Virus record (IMG/VR): IMGVR_UViG_2706796412_000001
Span: 1-64,000 of that record
Origin: Bixzunavirus tonenili
Taxonomy: Duplodnaviria; Heunggongvirae; Uroviricota; Caudoviricetes
Direction: 5' to 3' (one strand)
DNA length: 64,000 nt
Below are positions 63,270 to 64,000 of the stretch, in pieces. A model generated the notes under the pieces. It worked only from the letters and a program-made list of their open reading frames with translations. It searched no databases and was not told the DNA's origin. Position 1 is the first letter of the stretch. The number at the start of each line of letters is the position of its first letter. The position numbers and the translations under genes are program-made.

Positions 63270-64000
63270 ATGACAACTCGCGCCAGTGCGTCGCGGCTCT
63301 CGGTCACCCACGCCCCCGTCAACCCCGAAGACGTCGCCAACAAGGGCTACGTCGACAGCGCGATCGCCGCCGTGCTGGCCAACGACGGCATCACCATGAG
63401 CGCCATCGACGGCCTCGAAGAGGCGCTCAACACCAAGATGGACAAGTCGTTGGTCGACGCCAAGGGTGACCTGGTCATCGGCACGGCCAACAACTCTCCG
63501 GGCATCCTGCCGGTCGGCGCCGACCGGACGTTCCTGACGCCCAAGGCGGCCAATGCGACCGGCTTGGAGTGGACGACCATTCAGGCTTCTGACATCTCCG
63601 GCCTGACCGAGCTGCTGGCGCTGCGTGCCCCGATCAACAACCCGACGTTCACCGGCACCGTCTCGGGCATCACCAAGGCCATGGTGGGTCTGGGCAACGT
63701 CGACAACACCTCCGACGCGACGAAGAATTCGGCGGCGGTCACTCTGACCAACAAGCGGATCACCAAGCGGGTCCAGGACCAGAACGGCCCGGGCGTCACG
63801 CCCACGCTGGCCTGGGACTCCTACGACATGATCATCCTGCGCAACATCGGCGCGGCCATCACCTCGCTGTCTTCGGGCATCACCGGCACCCCCACTCAGG
63901 GTCAGCCCTGGCTGTTGCGGTTCAAGGACAACGGGACCGCGCGTGCGCTCACCTGGGGCGCGGCCTACCGGGCGATCGGCGTCACCCTGCCCACCACCAC
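63270..64000 (+). CDS. tail fibre protein (partial, runs off window end)
   Basis: GAAAGTAGG RBS; motifs NKGYVDSAIAAV and LGNVDNTSDATK typical of phage tail fibres; no stop within window. Confidence 0.6.
   Translation, partial: MTTRASASRLSVTHAPVNPEDVANKGYVDSAIAAVLANDGITMSAIDGLEEALNTKMDKSLVDAKGDLVIGTANNSPGILPVGADRTFLTPKAANATGLEWTTIQASDISGLTELLALRAPINNPTFTGTVSGITKAMVGLGNVDNTSDATKNSAAVTLTNKRITKRVQDQNGPGVTPTLAWDSYDMIILRNIGAAITSLSSGITGTPTQGQPWLLRFKDNGTARALTWGAAYRAIGVTLPTT

Overview
The window is 64 kb of high-GC DNA (about 65-67% GC) that reads as part of a large tailed actinobacteriophage or prophage genome. It is densely coding, and every credible gene lies on the + strand. Long minus-strand ORFs look like antisense artefacts of the GC-rich coding strand. 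The left part (1-35.8 kb) holds about 95 short genes of unknown function. A recurrent promoter-like motif (GGGAATGAATCCCCAT..GTTATACT) with a shared CACTCACCCA..GGAG leader punctuates this region. Neighbouring genes usually overlap by ATGA, GTGA or TGATG. Recognisable products in this part are: a PF10127-like nucleotidyltransferase, a HIT hydrolase, an SPFH/band-7 protein, RHH and HTH regulators, a DUF932-like protein, secreted proteins and lipoproteins, and a 752-aa ParB-nuclease/GNAT-like polyvalent protein. A compact tRNA array sits at 35.87-36.50 kb. By hand-folding it has two Ser-type tRNAs, three tRNAs with Leu anticodons (CAG, GAG, CAA) but short 5-nt variable loops, and one aberrant tRNA-like cloverleaf. 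After the array comes a virion-structure module: a 1095-aa acidic low-complexity protein, a putative portal, ThyX, a 2H phosphoesterase, a 1267-aa SWIM plus LysM protein, a 1236-aa protein with an HK97 S78 protease-like N-terminus, the major capsid protein, and then three proteins sharing an N-terminal RIVTAREQFEMLLPW motif. The window ends with tail-fibre genes. Several strong hairpin terminators and Shine-Dalgarno-sequestering hairpins were also found. Start codons were chosen by hand from RBS spacing and stop/start overlaps and may be off by a few codons. Protein family calls are motif-based. All RNA folds are manual and need confirmation with tRNAscan-SE, Infernal and profile searches.
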